From: Longimicrobiales bacterium | GTDB lineage: Bacteria > Gemmatimonadota > Gemmatimonadetes > Longimicrobiales > Gaopeijiaceae | NCBI GenBank assembly: GCA_965218295.1 | Contig: CBDCKN010000014.1 | Coordinates: 64,001-128,000, forward strand | Reading direction: 5' to 3' | Length of the DNA stretch: 64,000 nucleotides | Shown: one piece after another, positions 49,357 through 59,462 of the stretch | Layout: each line of letters opens with the position of its first letter | Numbering within the stretch: position 1 is the first letter of the stretch | Position numbers and translations under genes: made by a program | The notes under the pieces: model-generated | What the model was told of the DNA's origin: nothing | The model's input: the letters and a program-made list of their open reading frames with translations, nothing else | Database searches by the model: none

Positions 49357-49553
49357 TGGATGCCTCCTCCCTCAGATGGTCGATATCGCTCAGTACCATC
49401 TTGGCACATTGCGATGCCGCCGGGAGGGGGCGTCCACCCCATCGTTAGCAGTCATGAGCCAGCCTACCCCTTGGGGCCACGCTTCGCGGGTCCCCGGCAG
49501 GGGCTGGCGAGGGGCTGGGCCCCCTCTGACCCCCCCAACGGCAACAGCGCATC

Positions 49554-49670
49554 ATGAGCGCTGGACGCGCCGTGTGGGTGAAGATCCGCGCCAGCGAGGC
49601 GGAGCCTGCCGAGTGGCACGCTAAGGCGCGCTCCGCAGGCTTGACGCTGTCGGATCTGGTGCTGCGGATT
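49554..49670 (+). pseudogene. MobC/ribbon-helix-helix relaxosome protein, truncated
   Basis: VWVKIRASEAE.AEWHAKARSAGLTLSDLV; no relaxase follows. Confidence 0.65.
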
Positions 49671-49803
49671 CAGCCTTTTGACACAGTACAAATAGGGCAT
49701 GGAAACAATGCAATTATGCTATTGACGAGACGGTTTCAGCGAGCCCAAGATTTCCGTTGAAATCGCTGCTGGACTCCCATCTTTCGGACATTCAGGAATC
49801 CGA

Positions 49804-50142
49804 ATGAGCTGTCACCGAACCATCATCCGGCTGTCAGCGGTGCTAGCGGTTGTGGCCTTGGCCACGGGGTACGGGGACGGTGACAGCCCTGCCGCGCCTC
49901 CAACGCCAGAGCCCGCCCGTCCGACGAGTGCGGGTAGCGGACAGGGAACGGCAGACCTGGACCGTGCGGCGCTGGTCGCGCTCTACAACGCGACGAACGG
50001 GCCGAACTGGACCAACAATGACAACTGGCTGGCCGACGTGCCGCTGGAGGAGTGGTACGGGGTGGTGACGGGCAGTGACGGGCGTGTTACACGACTCTCT
50101 CTGTGGGAGAACAATCTCACCGGCCCGATCCTCCCGAACTAA
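49804..50142 (+). pseudogene. truncated secreted LRR-type protein (N-cap only)
   Basis: Signal-like N-terminus; DRAALVALYNATNGPNWTNNDNWL...WYGV...GRVTRLSLWENNLTGPI, then stop. Confidence 0.75.
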
Positions 50143-50319
50143 CCACATATTATGTAACCGACATTATCACAATATGTTAGAACATGTGGCCGCAAATGAT
50201 GTATCACTCAGGATATACATTTCTGAGCGAGATTCCATGGGACCCAACCGGATGTCGGTGGATCAGATTCTGGTGATTGCCGCAGGCCAAATGCTACTGC
50301 CTGAGATCAGGATCGGCAG

Positions 50320-50650
50320 TCACCGTCCTCGGACCGGCAGCCTCCGGACCACCACGCTGGGCACATCGAATTCACCAAGCTCAATGAACGCCGCCAGCCC
50401 GTTCGGGCCGAAGGCGTCGGGCATCTCGGTCGTCCCGGTGCGGTAGGTGCCGACGTATCCGCCCTCGGTCGTCAACACATCGATTGGGCCGTCCTCAAGA
50501 AGGCTCTCGCCTTGGCGCATCACCCAGATCCGGCCCTCCCAAGTAGTCTGCAATCTCAAGAGGACGGGTATCTCGGGGTAGAAGGGCTGAATCTCGCCGA
50601 ATTCCTCGCTCACGTTTCCGGAATCCACGGCTGTAGAACCGGTGACAGTC
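50320..50650 (-). pseudogene. C-terminal fragment of a 6-bladed beta-propeller-like protein
   Basis: FYPEIPVL...WEGRIWV...GPIDVLT.EGGYVGT...PDAFGPNG...EFDVPSVVVRRL. Confidence 0.7.
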
Positions 50651-50934
50651 CACCGCGTCGGCTGGCTTAGACGCCCAAGGCGCGCTAGGTCGAGTCGTCC
50701 ACGGGACGCCGGACACGCGTACGGTGCCCATGTTCTTGCCATACATCGGGGAGTCCGATGGCGGACAGCAGCCCATGCCGCCAAGTGTTCCAGTTCGACG
50801 CCGAGGGAGGCGCATCGCCCCAGGCAGGGGTTGGAGGCGTTGGCCATGCTTGTAGATTTCAGATGGTATCGCAAAGGGACGCCGGGCTTTCCGCGAGGCT
50901 CCCCCAGAGGCGCAACCAGACAGGGAGAGCACCG

Positions 50935-53730
50935 ATGGTATCGACAATGAGACTCAGGGTTGCGCTGCTGGTCGTGTTCGCGATGGCAGCCACGGTGAGG
51001 GCCGCTGCGGCGCAAGGCACGCTCGAAGGAACGGTGACGGACGCGACCGACCGCCCGCTCGCGGGTGTGCGCGTCACTCTCGCAAGGCCCACGGTCTCGG
51101 ATCCTGTCCAGACGAGACTCTCGACCACGGGCGACGCGGGCACCTACCGGATCGAGGGCATCCCGGCGATCCCCCACGAGGTTCGGTTCACCCGCATCGG
51201 CTACGGTGCGCGGACGTTGGAGGCCTCGTTCGCCGACGACGAGACGACAAGGCTCGATGTGACGCTGTCCGAAGCGGTGATCGCGATGGAGAGGCTCGTC
51301 GTCATCGGCTCGCGCGCGCAGCCGCGAACCGCGACCCAGTCGATGGTGCCTCTTGACGTGGTTTCCGCGTCCGAACTCACGGGCCAGGGCACGCCCGATC
51401 TCAGCTCGCAGCTCAGGAGCGTCCTGCCCTCCTACAACGTGGCCGACGAACCGATCAGCGATGCCGCCATGATCGCCCGCCCGGTGAGCATCCGGAACCT
51501 GGCGCCGGAGCAGACGCTCGTGATGGTCGACGGAAAGCGCCGCCACCGCTCCGCCGTCATCGTTCTCTGGAACGGGAACGGCGTCGCGGACGGGGCCCAG
51601 GGGCCCGACATCTCCACGCTGCCGAGCATCGCGATGAGCCGGGTCGAGGTCCTCCGCGACGGTGCATCCGCGCAGTACGGCTCCGACGCCATCGCGGGCG
51701 TGATCAACGTCGTGCCGAAGAACAACCGCTCGGGCGGCAGCTTCGAGGTTCGGGCCGGCCGCTACCAGGAGGGCGACGGCGACATGGTCACCGCCGCCGG
51801 CAACATCGGCCTCCCCTTGGGCGAGACCGGATTCCTCAGCCTGAGCGGCGAATTCGGCCAGTCGGACCCCACGAGCCGCAGCATTCAGCGAAATGACGCG
51901 GCCGCCCTTGGGGCCTCCGGCTTTCCCGTGCGGGACCCCGCGCAGATCTGGGGATCCCCCGACGTGGACGACAACGTCAAGCTGTTCGCGAACACGGGCT
52001 ACGCGTTCGGCGGCGGCACGGAACTCTACGGGTTCGGCAACTACCACACGAAGCGGGTCGAGGGCGGCTTCTACTTCCGGAACCCGAACACACGCGATGC
52101 CGTGTTCAGTATCGACGGCGGGGAGACTCTCCTCATCGGCGACGTTCTCGACGCCCGGGACGGCGTGCTCGACGGCTCGGCGAACTGTCCGGTCGTGCAC
52201 ATCGTGAACAACGTGCCCGATCGTGCAGCCATGGAGCGCGTCCGCAGCGACCCCAACTGTTTCTCCTTCCAGGAGCTGTTCCCGGGCGGCTTTACGCCGC
52301 AGTTCGGCGGGGACGCGTTGGACGCCTCCGCCGTCGGAGGGATCAAGGGAACGACCGCCGGCATCGAGTGGGACCTGAGCGCGGGCTGGGGCACGCACAG
52401 GATCGACTTCCTCATGAAGAACACGGTCAACGCGTCGCTCGGCCCGGAGACGCCGACGGAATTCCGGCCCGGGATCAACCAGCAGCGGGAGTTCAACCTC
52501 AACCTCGACGTGCACTACGAACTCGGGGAGGGGACCCTCCTCGCAGGGGGATTCGAGCGGCGCGTGGAGAGTTTCGAGATCGTGCGCGGCGACCGGGCCT
52601 CCTGGGAGCTCGGCCCCTACCTTGAGCAAGGGCTCAGCGCGGCCTCGAACGGTTTCCCGGGGTTCGGGCCGCTGTCCGAGGGGAGATGGGACCGGCGCAA
52701 CGTCGCGGTCTACGGCGACGTGCACCGCGAAGGCGCGGACGACCGCTGGCAGGCGGGCCTGGCGCTCCGGCTCGAGGACTTCGAGGACTTCGGGACGACG
52801 TTCAACGGAAAGCTCTCGGGACGCCTGCGTCTCGTGGAGGGGTTCGCGCTCCGCTCCAGCGCGAGCACGGGGTTCCGGGCGCCGACCCCCGGCCAGCAGA
52901 ATCTCCGGCACATCGGGACGATCTACGATCTGACGCTCATGGAGTTGGTGAACAGCGGCACGATCCCGCCCACCTCGGCGGTCGCGCGGCGCAGGGGCGG
53001 CACGCAGCTGCAACCCGAGACTTCGGTGAACGTGGCGCTGGGCGCCGCCCTCACCCGCGGACCGCTGATCGTGACGGCGGACTACTTCCGGGTCGCGGTG
53101 TCCGACCGGATCAACCTCAGCACCGACTACACGCTCGAACCGCATGAGATCGACGAACTCGTCGCTGAGGGCGTCGAGGGCGCGCGCAACCTGGCCCGGT
53201 TCCGGTACTACAACAACGACTTCTCCACCCGCACGCAGGGAGTGGACCTGGTCGCCAGCTACTCGCCGCCGGCGCTGAGCGGGAATACGACCTTCAATCT
53301 GCTGTTCAACTACACGCACACGAGGGTCACGGAATACGCCGGAGAGGATCCGAATCGGCTGCCCTCGGCAGACGTACCGCTGCGCGTCCGGCAGCTGCGG
53401 GAGGCCCTGCCCACGACGCGGGGGAGCCTTTCGGCGACGCACCGGGCGGGACGCCTTCGCTTCTTCGGCAAGGTGGGCTACTTCTCGGGCTGGTACGACT
53501 GGCTCGACGATTACACCTACGGGGGCAAGGCTCTCGTGGACGCGGAAGTCGCCTACACGCTCGCCAACTCCGTGACCGTCACGCTCGGTGCCGAGAACCT
53601 GTTCAACACCTTCACGGACGTGAATCCGGGGGCCGCCGCGAACGTGGGGAACCTCTACAGCCAGAACTCGCCGTTCGGGTTCAACGGCGGCCTGTTCTAC
53701 GTCCGGGCGAGCTACGCGTTCGACTGGTAG
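50935..53730 (+). CDS. TonB-dependent receptor with an N-terminal carboxypeptidase-regulatory-like domain
   Basis: LVVIGSR, LVMVDGKRRH, RVEVLRDGASAQYGSDAIAGVIN, TGFRAPT and a terminal aromatic residue. Confidence 0.95.
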   Translation: MVSTMRLRVALLVVFAMAATVRAAAAQGTLEGTVTDATDRPLAGVRVTLARPTVSDPVQTRLSTTGDAGTYRIEGIPAIPHEVRFTRIGYGARTLEASFADDETTRLDVTLSEAVIAMERLVVIGSRAQPRTATQSMVPLDVVSASELTGQGTPDLSSQLRSVLPSYNVADEPISDAAMIARPVSIRNLAPEQTLVMVDGKRRHRSAVIVLWNGNGVADGAQGPDISTLPSIAMSRVEVLRDGASAQYGSDAIAGVINVVPKNNRSGGSFEVRAGRYQEGDGDMVTAAGNIGLPLGETGFLSLSGEFGQSDPTSRSIQRNDAAALGASGFPVRDPAQIWGSPDVDDNVKLFANTGYAFGGGTELYGFGNYHTKRVEGGFYFRNPNTRDAVFSIDGGETLLIGDVLDARDGVLDGSANCPVVHIVNNVPDRAAMERVRSDPNCFSFQELFPGGFTPQFGGDALDASAVGGIKGTTAGIEWDLSAGWGTHRIDFLMKNTVNASLGPETPTEFRPGINQQREFNLNLDVHYELGEGTLLAGGFERRVESFEIVRGDRASWELGPYLEQGLSAASNGFPGFGPLSEGRWDRRNVAVYGDVHREGADDRWQAGLALRLEDFEDFGTTFNGKLSGRLRLVEGFALRSSASTGFRAPTPGQQNLRHIGTIYDLTLMELVNSGTIPPTSAVARRRGGTQLQPETSVNVALGAALTRGPLIVTADYFRVAVSDRINLSTDYTLEPHEIDELVAEGVEGARNLARFRYYNNDFSTRTQGVDLVASYSPPALSGNTTFNLLFNYTHTRVTEYAGEDPNRLPSADVPLRVRQLREALPTTRGSLSATHRAGRLRFFGKVGYFSGWYDWLDDYTYGGKALVDAEVAYTLANSVTVTLGAENLFNTFTDVNPGAAANVGNLYSQNSPFGFNGGLFYVRASYAFDW

Positions 53731-54540
53731 CGGGAAGGGCCTCGTCCAGGAACCTACGGTCGCAGTCCAACACCAGTCCGCGAGTCCGCGAGTAACCGTT
53801 CGGGCAAACCGTGGGCTCGACCTCCTGCGGGTTCGCCCTTGATGGCGACAGGGCAACCGACGAAGCGTCCCTCCTCCACCTCCATGAGGACGGGGGCAGG
53901 GAGCGGGCATGCGACACATGGTGTCGGACCGATACGGTCGCTTCGCCTACCGCGTGACAGGACTTCGCGGCTCGCGATCCCATGGGGTAAGATAACCCTC
54001 AACCGCCCGAGCCATCCGTGTGTAACTATTCAAACTGACCCACTACTTCGATCGTGTAGGTGGTCCCGTCGACCGCGAACGACGTCTGGCTGAGGCTCCC
54101 GTCGTCTGGACTGAAGCCGTAGACGCCCCAACCACCCCAGCCGCCGGACGGTTCCACCTGGCCAAGCGTCAGACAGGCGGTCAGATGGCGTTAGCGCTCG
54201 GGCGCGTGGCGATCCGGGGCCGACACGTCCGTTCAGTAAGCGTTCGGCGGGGTGACTAGAGGCGCCTCGCCAGTACGTTCCCGAACGCCCTCGCCGTCGC
54301 GACGAGATTCCAACCTTCGGGATCGCCACGTCGTCATCTGCCGGGTCTTCCTCAGCCCCGCGCGACGCCCAAGGGAGCACCCGTCACGGGTTCCGCGAAC
54401 GTACCGTAAGCTCCCGTGTAAGCGCCCGCCAATTATACGGGATCACATACGATAGAAACGAGTCGGACCAGAAACTACTGCATCCATAACTAACTACAGG
54501 TCATATACTTATGATGACATAGGGACAGGATAGACAGACT

Positions 54541-54606
54541 GATCAACCGGCCACGGAGAGCGATGTCGGAGCGGAGGAACCCGACACCCCAGCGTCCACA
54601 GACTAG
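54541..54606 (+). pseudogene. displaced original 3' end of the DUF151 gene
   Basis: DQPATESDVGAEEPDTPASTD*, in the frame defined by the GATCAACCG repeat. Confidence 0.7.
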
Positions 54607-54717
54607 TGTTCCGTTTCACGGATGCACCGTGCCCTCGACTGGCCGAGACACTTTGGTAACGCGGGTCGATCCCAAGTAGCGCTCGGCGCGCAGTGAGAGC
54701 CGGCTGACCGGCCCGGC

Positions 54718-55101
54718 TCAGAACTCCTCCAGCAGCTTCCTGGCCTTCTTAGGGTTGTCGCAGACGATGGCGATCTCGATGAGGTCGTCCGTGATCCCGG
54801 TGACGTAGAGCGCCTCGAGGTTGATCCCCGCATCGCCGAGTCGGTTCGTGACGGCAGCGAGCTCGCCCGGCTTGTTCTCGAGTAGCACGGCGTGCACTTC
54901 GCTCTCCTCGAAACGGATGTTCGCTTCCTGGAATGCGCGGCGTGCTACTTCGATGTCGTCGGGTATGATGCGCGCGATCGCGTGGCCGCCGACACTGACT
55001 ACCGCCAGTGCCCTGATGTTGGCACCGCGTCGCGCGAGCGCCTGCGCCACGCGAGCGAGATCGCCTGGGTGATGCGTCAGTTGGATCGAGCAGTCCTTCA
55101 T
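54718..55101 (-). CDS. tandem ACT-domain protein
   Basis: HHPGDLARVAQAL...GANI and ENKPGELAAV...GINLEALY. Confidence 0.9.
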   Translation of the reverse strand: MKDCSIQLTHHPGDLARVAQALARRGANIRALAVVSVGGHAIARIIPDDIEVARRAFQEANIRFEESEVHAVLLENKPGELAAVTNRLGDAGINLEALYVTGITDDLIEIAIVCDNPKKARKLLEEF

Positions 55102-55433
55102 GGTCCTCTCCTGTGAAGACAGCGGAAGATACCAACAAGAGCCTCAGGTGCATCGCGGCATGTCGAGGTCCGGCCTGCAGTACAAGCCGCATGTGGTAAC
55201 GCCCGATGTTCATTCAATGTCCACCGGATGGTCGTCATACGCCATCCGCAGTACGGCCTCGTACGTATATTCACGACATGAACATACGTATACTCTCCAA
55301 AGAACAACTAGGCCAGCATCCCAAGAAGCGATAGCTGCTGGCGCGATGAACTCGAGACTCGCGCCTTTCTCTTGCGATCACCATACTTGGTCGCGCAGCC
55401 CGAGTGAGGCCAGCCCGGAGTCATTAGGCGGCA

Positions 55434-56664
55434 TGTACAGAGATGGTAATGACCTGACAGTTGGCCCTCGCCGGAGCTGTGTCTAGGCTGCCTTCGTCTT
55501 AGCCTCCTCCTTCCTGGCCTTTGCGGCCTTCCTGGCGTCGGTGAGACCGGCCTTGAAGACCTGATAGGGCGTGCGGCCCTCCATGGCTCGACCGCGGTGC
55601 GGCCGCTTCCGGTTGTAGGTCTCCAGATACGCCTCGAGGTCCTGCTGCATCTCCTCGACGGTCTCGTACCAGGTGGTGCGGCCCTTCACCCTCAAGTGCT
55701 CGTCGAGGAGCGTGCGGTGGAAGCGCTCGATGAAGCCGTTGGACTGGGGCCTGCCCACCTTCGTCGTGCGGTGCTCGATGTCCTCGAGCTGAAGGAACAG
55801 CTCATATGGGTGACGGTCCGGACGGCCGCAGAACTCGCGGCCGTTGTCGCTGAGCACGGTCTTCACCCGGACCCGGTGCTCATCGAAGAACGGCAACACG
55901 TCGTTATTCATCACCTGCACCGCCGTGAGCGGGAGCTTGCTCGTGTAGAGCCGGCCCCAGGCGTAGCGGCTGAAGCAATCGAGCACGGTCTGCAGGTACA
56001 CCTTGCCGACCCCCTTCAGCGTTCCGACGAAGAACGTGTCCACGGCGACGAGGTCGCCCGGGTAATGGACTTCGATGTGGCGCTCCCGGAACTCGGGACT
56101 GAAGCGCTCCAGCAGCTCGATCTGCTCGTCGGTCAGCTTCAGCTTCCGTTCCCTGGCCGTCTCTTCGAGCCTGAGCAGCCGTTCGTGCTTCGTGGTGAGG
56201 CCATGCCGGCTCCACACGCCCCGTACGCCTCCTGAGCTCACCTGGATCCCTCCGAGCAGCAACTCGTCCGCGACCCGCTGAGCTCCGTGCGTCGGAGCCT
56301 CCAAGGCGTGGGCCAAGACCGCCTGCTCAATCTCTTCACTCACCCGGTTCGGGTGCGGTCCCTTCGGCCCCGGAAGCTGGTCGATCAGCCCCTCGGCCCC
56401 GTAAAGCTGGAAGTTCCTCCTGATCTCGTAGAACTGCTGCCGGCTGTAGCCCACGATCTTGCACGCCTTGCTCACGTTGCCGAGCTCCTGGGCCAACTGT
56501 AGCAGGCTCAGCTTGCGGCGCGCTATCTTCTCCCCCTGGACGGTGGTCATCTTCTCTCCCGTGCTAAGTGAGTGACTTCGACATCTCTCAATTAGCTCCG
56601 GCGAGGGCGGCTGGCCACCGTCCTCTCTCGTGGTCAACTGTCAGGTGAATACCGTCTCAGCACA
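55434..56664 (-). mobile_element. IS481-family element, copy 2
   Basis: Same 1231-bp length and identical transposase sequence to copy 1, inverted; no clean TSD (GCGGCA vs CACGGC). Confidence 0.95.
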
Positions 56665-56712
56665 CACGGCACGATCCTCGGCCGAGCCAGAAAGGTGAGG
56701 GGGAGGGTATCG

Positions 56713-57279
56713 ATGCCCAAGTGGACATTCGAGCCAGGTCATACGGCAGCGGAGTTCCGCGCGCGGCACATGATGGTCAGCAACGTTCGCGGCGCCTTCA
56801 AGAACGTGCGCGGCACGCTCGACTTCGATCCGGCCAACCCAAAACTGTCATCCGTAGAGGCAATCATCGATACGGCAGAGCTCTGGTCAGGCGAGCCCGA
56901 GCGTGACGCTCACCTGCGAAGTCCGGCCTTCCTCGACGTCGAGCGTTATCCGCAGATCACGTTCAAGGGGGATCAGGTAGAGGTGATCGGCGATCATGAC
57001 TACGTGGTCAGCGGCGACCTCACGATCCGAGGAATAACTCGCGCGGTCCCTCTCAGAATCAAATACCTCGGTACATGGCCAACGCCCTGGTGGGAAGAGG
57101 AGGAGGGAGAATGGGTGAACAAGGGGCCGAAGTCACGGGCAGGCTTCCTGGCCGAGACCGAGATCAATCGTCACGACTTCGAAGTGAGTTGGAACGATAC
57201 GATCGACAGAGGCGGCATCGTTGTCGGGGACACGGTACACATCACTATCGATGTTGAAGCGGTTCTCGACGACGAATGA
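56713..57279 (+). CDS. YceI family protein
   Basis: HTAAEFRARHMMVSNVRG.F, RDAHLRS..FLD, GDLTIRGIT and INRHDF. Confidence 0.92.
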   Translation: MPKWTFEPGHTAAEFRARHMMVSNVRGAFKNVRGTLDFDPANPKLSSVEAIIDTAELWSGEPERDAHLRSPAFLDVERYPQITFKGDQVEVIGDHDYVVSGDLTIRGITRAVPLRIKYLGTWPTPWWEEEEGEWVNKGPKSRAGFLAETEINRHDFEVSWNDTIDRGGIVVGDTVHITIDVEAVLDDE

Positions 57280-57422
57280 GCTGACCGTGCAGAGAGGTGA
57301 TGAGGAGACTTTCACGGTGATCTCGGCTCATGGACGCGGTAATCTATCGCTTCGACGGGTTGACGAGGGTAGACTTCGGGCAGCAGTGACCTCATGCTCA
57401 GACGATCACAAGGAGGGTATCC

Positions 57423-57848
57423 ATGTGGGTAGGGCGACTCGTGGACCTCATCGAGGACCATGCGGATGAGTTGACCGATCGGCTCGTACGTAGGATGCGT
57501 GAAGATCCGCGGGCGACCGGTTACCACCGATTCGATGATGAAGAGCTGGGAGAGCGGGCCCGCGAAGTCTACTCCCACCTCGGGCGATGGCTCGGAGAGA
57601 CCTCCGAGAGTGCCGTCGAGAGCGAGTACTTTCGTCTCGGCAAGATTAGGCGTGCGGAGGGGATACCGCTCTCCGAGGTGGTCATGGCGCTCCTCTTAGT
57701 CCGTCGCAATCTGTGGCATTTCGTCGAAGCTCAGGGCGCCGACACCAGCCTGGAGCTCCGACAGGAGCTCGACCTCGAGCTACTCGTGGTCCGTTTCTTC
57801 GACCGGGCCATTTTCCACACGGTACGGGGGTATGAGTCCGGGGGCTGA
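57423..57848 (+). CDS. hypothetical all-helical protein (RsbRD_N/HisK_N-like)
   Basis: LIEDHADEL...YFRLGKIRRAEGIPLSEVV.AL...FFDRAIFH..RGYE; good RBS. Confidence 0.7.
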   Translation: MWVGRLVDLIEDHADELTDRLVRRMREDPRATGYHRFDDEELGERAREVYSHLGRWLGETSESAVESEYFRLGKIRRAEGIPLSEVVMALLLVRRNLWHFVEAQGADTSLELRQELDLELLVVRFFDRAIFHTVRGYESGG

Positions 57849-57942
57849 CGGCGCCGTCTAACGGTTGGAACCTTCCAAAACTTATGAGGCGATGATCTCG
57901 TAGTGTGGATGGGTTGACGATACACTGGACCGTGAGAGGCTC

Positions 57943-58254
57943 ATGTCACCGCGGAAGACTATTCTCAGGGAGCTGGACCAGCTTCACGACGGCGAAGGTG
58001 CCGGACGCTACACGCGACCGAGCGCAATGCCCGGATACGGCGGCAAGGCTGCCAAGTATCAGGAAGCCGTCAACGGACTGCTGAAAGACCGCCTCATCGA
58101 CGGGAAGAAGGATGAGGAGGGTCGCATGGCTGTCGCTCTGAATCCCCATCGAATCGCTGAAGTGCGCAAGGAGCTTCGGCCCTGGTTCACCCGGCCGATG
58201 ACCTGGTTGGTAGCGGTGGCGGCAGCGGGCCTGGTCGCCCCCTTCCTGATCTAG
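57943..58254 (+). CDS. hypothetical protein with a C-terminal membrane anchor
   Basis: RBS GAGAGG; hydrophobic C-terminus WLVAVAAAGLVAPFLI. Confidence 0.7.
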   Translation: MSPRKTILRELDQLHDGEGAGRYTRPSAMPGYGGKAAKYQEAVNGLLKDRLIDGKKDEEGRMAVALNPHRIAEVRKELRPWFTRPMTWLVAVAAAGLVAPFLI

Positions 58255-58326
58255 TGTCCCGTCCCAGAAGTTCGGAGACGGACACTGAAGGGCCCCGCCA
58301 CGAGGCCTCTCGGCCCGTTGGCCGGC

Positions 58327-59450
58327 TCAGCAATTCACGAACTCGTGCCCCTTCGGCATCAGCCGGAAGGGGATCTCGTCCCACATTCCTGTCAGTTTCG
58401 GTCGTAGCGTATCCAGGACTTCGCGGTCCGGAGCGAACACCAGCACGCTGCCCCCGCCTCCAGCCCCCATCGGGAATGCCTCGGCGCCGAGTGCGGCGGC
58501 GTGCTCGCCCAGCGCCTCGGCCCCGGCCATGTAGGGTGGCACGAGATCGACCCGCACCTGCCTGAATCCGCGAATGCTCTCGAGCACGCGCTCCCAATCA
58601 CCTAGGCGCAGCCCCTCACGGTACTCGTAGGCGTATCCCGGGAGCTCCGTCAGTCGTGGGAAGGACTCCTCGTCGCGGAGCATGCCGCGCCAGGTCTGGT
58701 TGACGGTGGAGCTGAACCGCGTCTTCCCGGTATGGAAGACCGCCATGCGTTCCTCCAAAGCTTGGTATTCGTCAGGCGGGACGAGCTCGTAACGCACGGA
58801 CGTACCGAGGCCCTGGCGAGGCTGCCCCGGGATCCCCCACGGCAACCAGACGTAGTCCACGACGCCACCCCAGACCACGTTGGACTGTTCCTGGGTGCCG
58901 GTGAGACTGGTGCCCAGATCCTGCTCGAGACGTGAGGCCAGAGCCACGATCTGGGGTCCATCCATGGGGTCGCCGGCCAGGCGATTGGCCAGGAGGCACA
59001 CCCGGTCATGGCCGTTGCCGAGCCCCCGAGGTCCGCCGACAAGAGCCCCGGGCGCAGGCTATGGAGATGAAAGGCCACGCCGCTCACGCCGAAGGCATCG
59101 GCCGCTTTAACGAGCCAGTTTTCCTGCGTTGCCGCGACTTGCCCGGCCCGCGCTACCACCTCCGTGCCATACTCGGACGAGCGGACTGCGATCATGTCGG
59201 TTTCGTAGGGGTGGACTTCGACCCGCGATCCCGTGTCGATGGTCAGGCAGATGGTGCGGGGAAGCGCTGCGCTCCACGCTGCGGTGGGGTCGGAGTGCGG
59301 ATCGTCGGGCCAGATCGGAGGTCGCCACAGCCCCTGCTGGAACTCACGCATGTCCAGGGTGGAGCCCGGTCCGTCGATGCGGTGGCGGGCGATGATCGTG
59401 GGGAGCTCACCCTTCTCCTGGGCGGCCTGAAGCCGGGCACGCAGGTCCAA
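58327..59450 (-). pseudogene. GHMP kinase family protein, frameshift near 59000
   Basis: SADLGGSATA, LTGTQEQ, HTGKTRFS and MGAGGGG; one G missing in a G run. Confidence 0.85.
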
Positions 59451-59462
59451 GGGGCGAAGGGC

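Larger units (their letters stand above)
48040..49444 (-). mobile_element. IS110 family, IS1111 group element
   Basis: Perfect 12-bp subterminal IRs GTGGACGCCCCC (48045-48056) and GGGGGCGTCCAC (49426-49437); CG core at 48040-48041 and 49443-49444. Confidence 0.92.
46587..54549. mobile_element. integrative (probably once mobilisable) element, about 8 kb
   Basis: Direct repeat GATCAACCG at 46587-46595 and 54541-54549; AT-rich ends sharing ACATACGATA and TTATACGGG; integrase next to the left end. Confidence 0.8.

Noticed and set aside
50650..50934. Cobalamin or TPP riboswitch upstream of the TonB receptor
   Set aside because: I could not find the conserved motifs by eye; an Rfam scan would be decisive.
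50320..53919. 1199-aa minus-strand ORF and similar long antisense ORFs (46710-48326, 38744-40561, 32068-33645, 15463-17091)
   Set aside because: Shadow frames of real genes in GC-rich DNA; only the last about 110 codons of 50320-53919 look like a true fragment.
24438..56664. Inversion or composite element bounded by the two IS481 copies
   Set aside because: Copy 1 keeps CCTGGT on both sides, so its flanks have not been exchanged.
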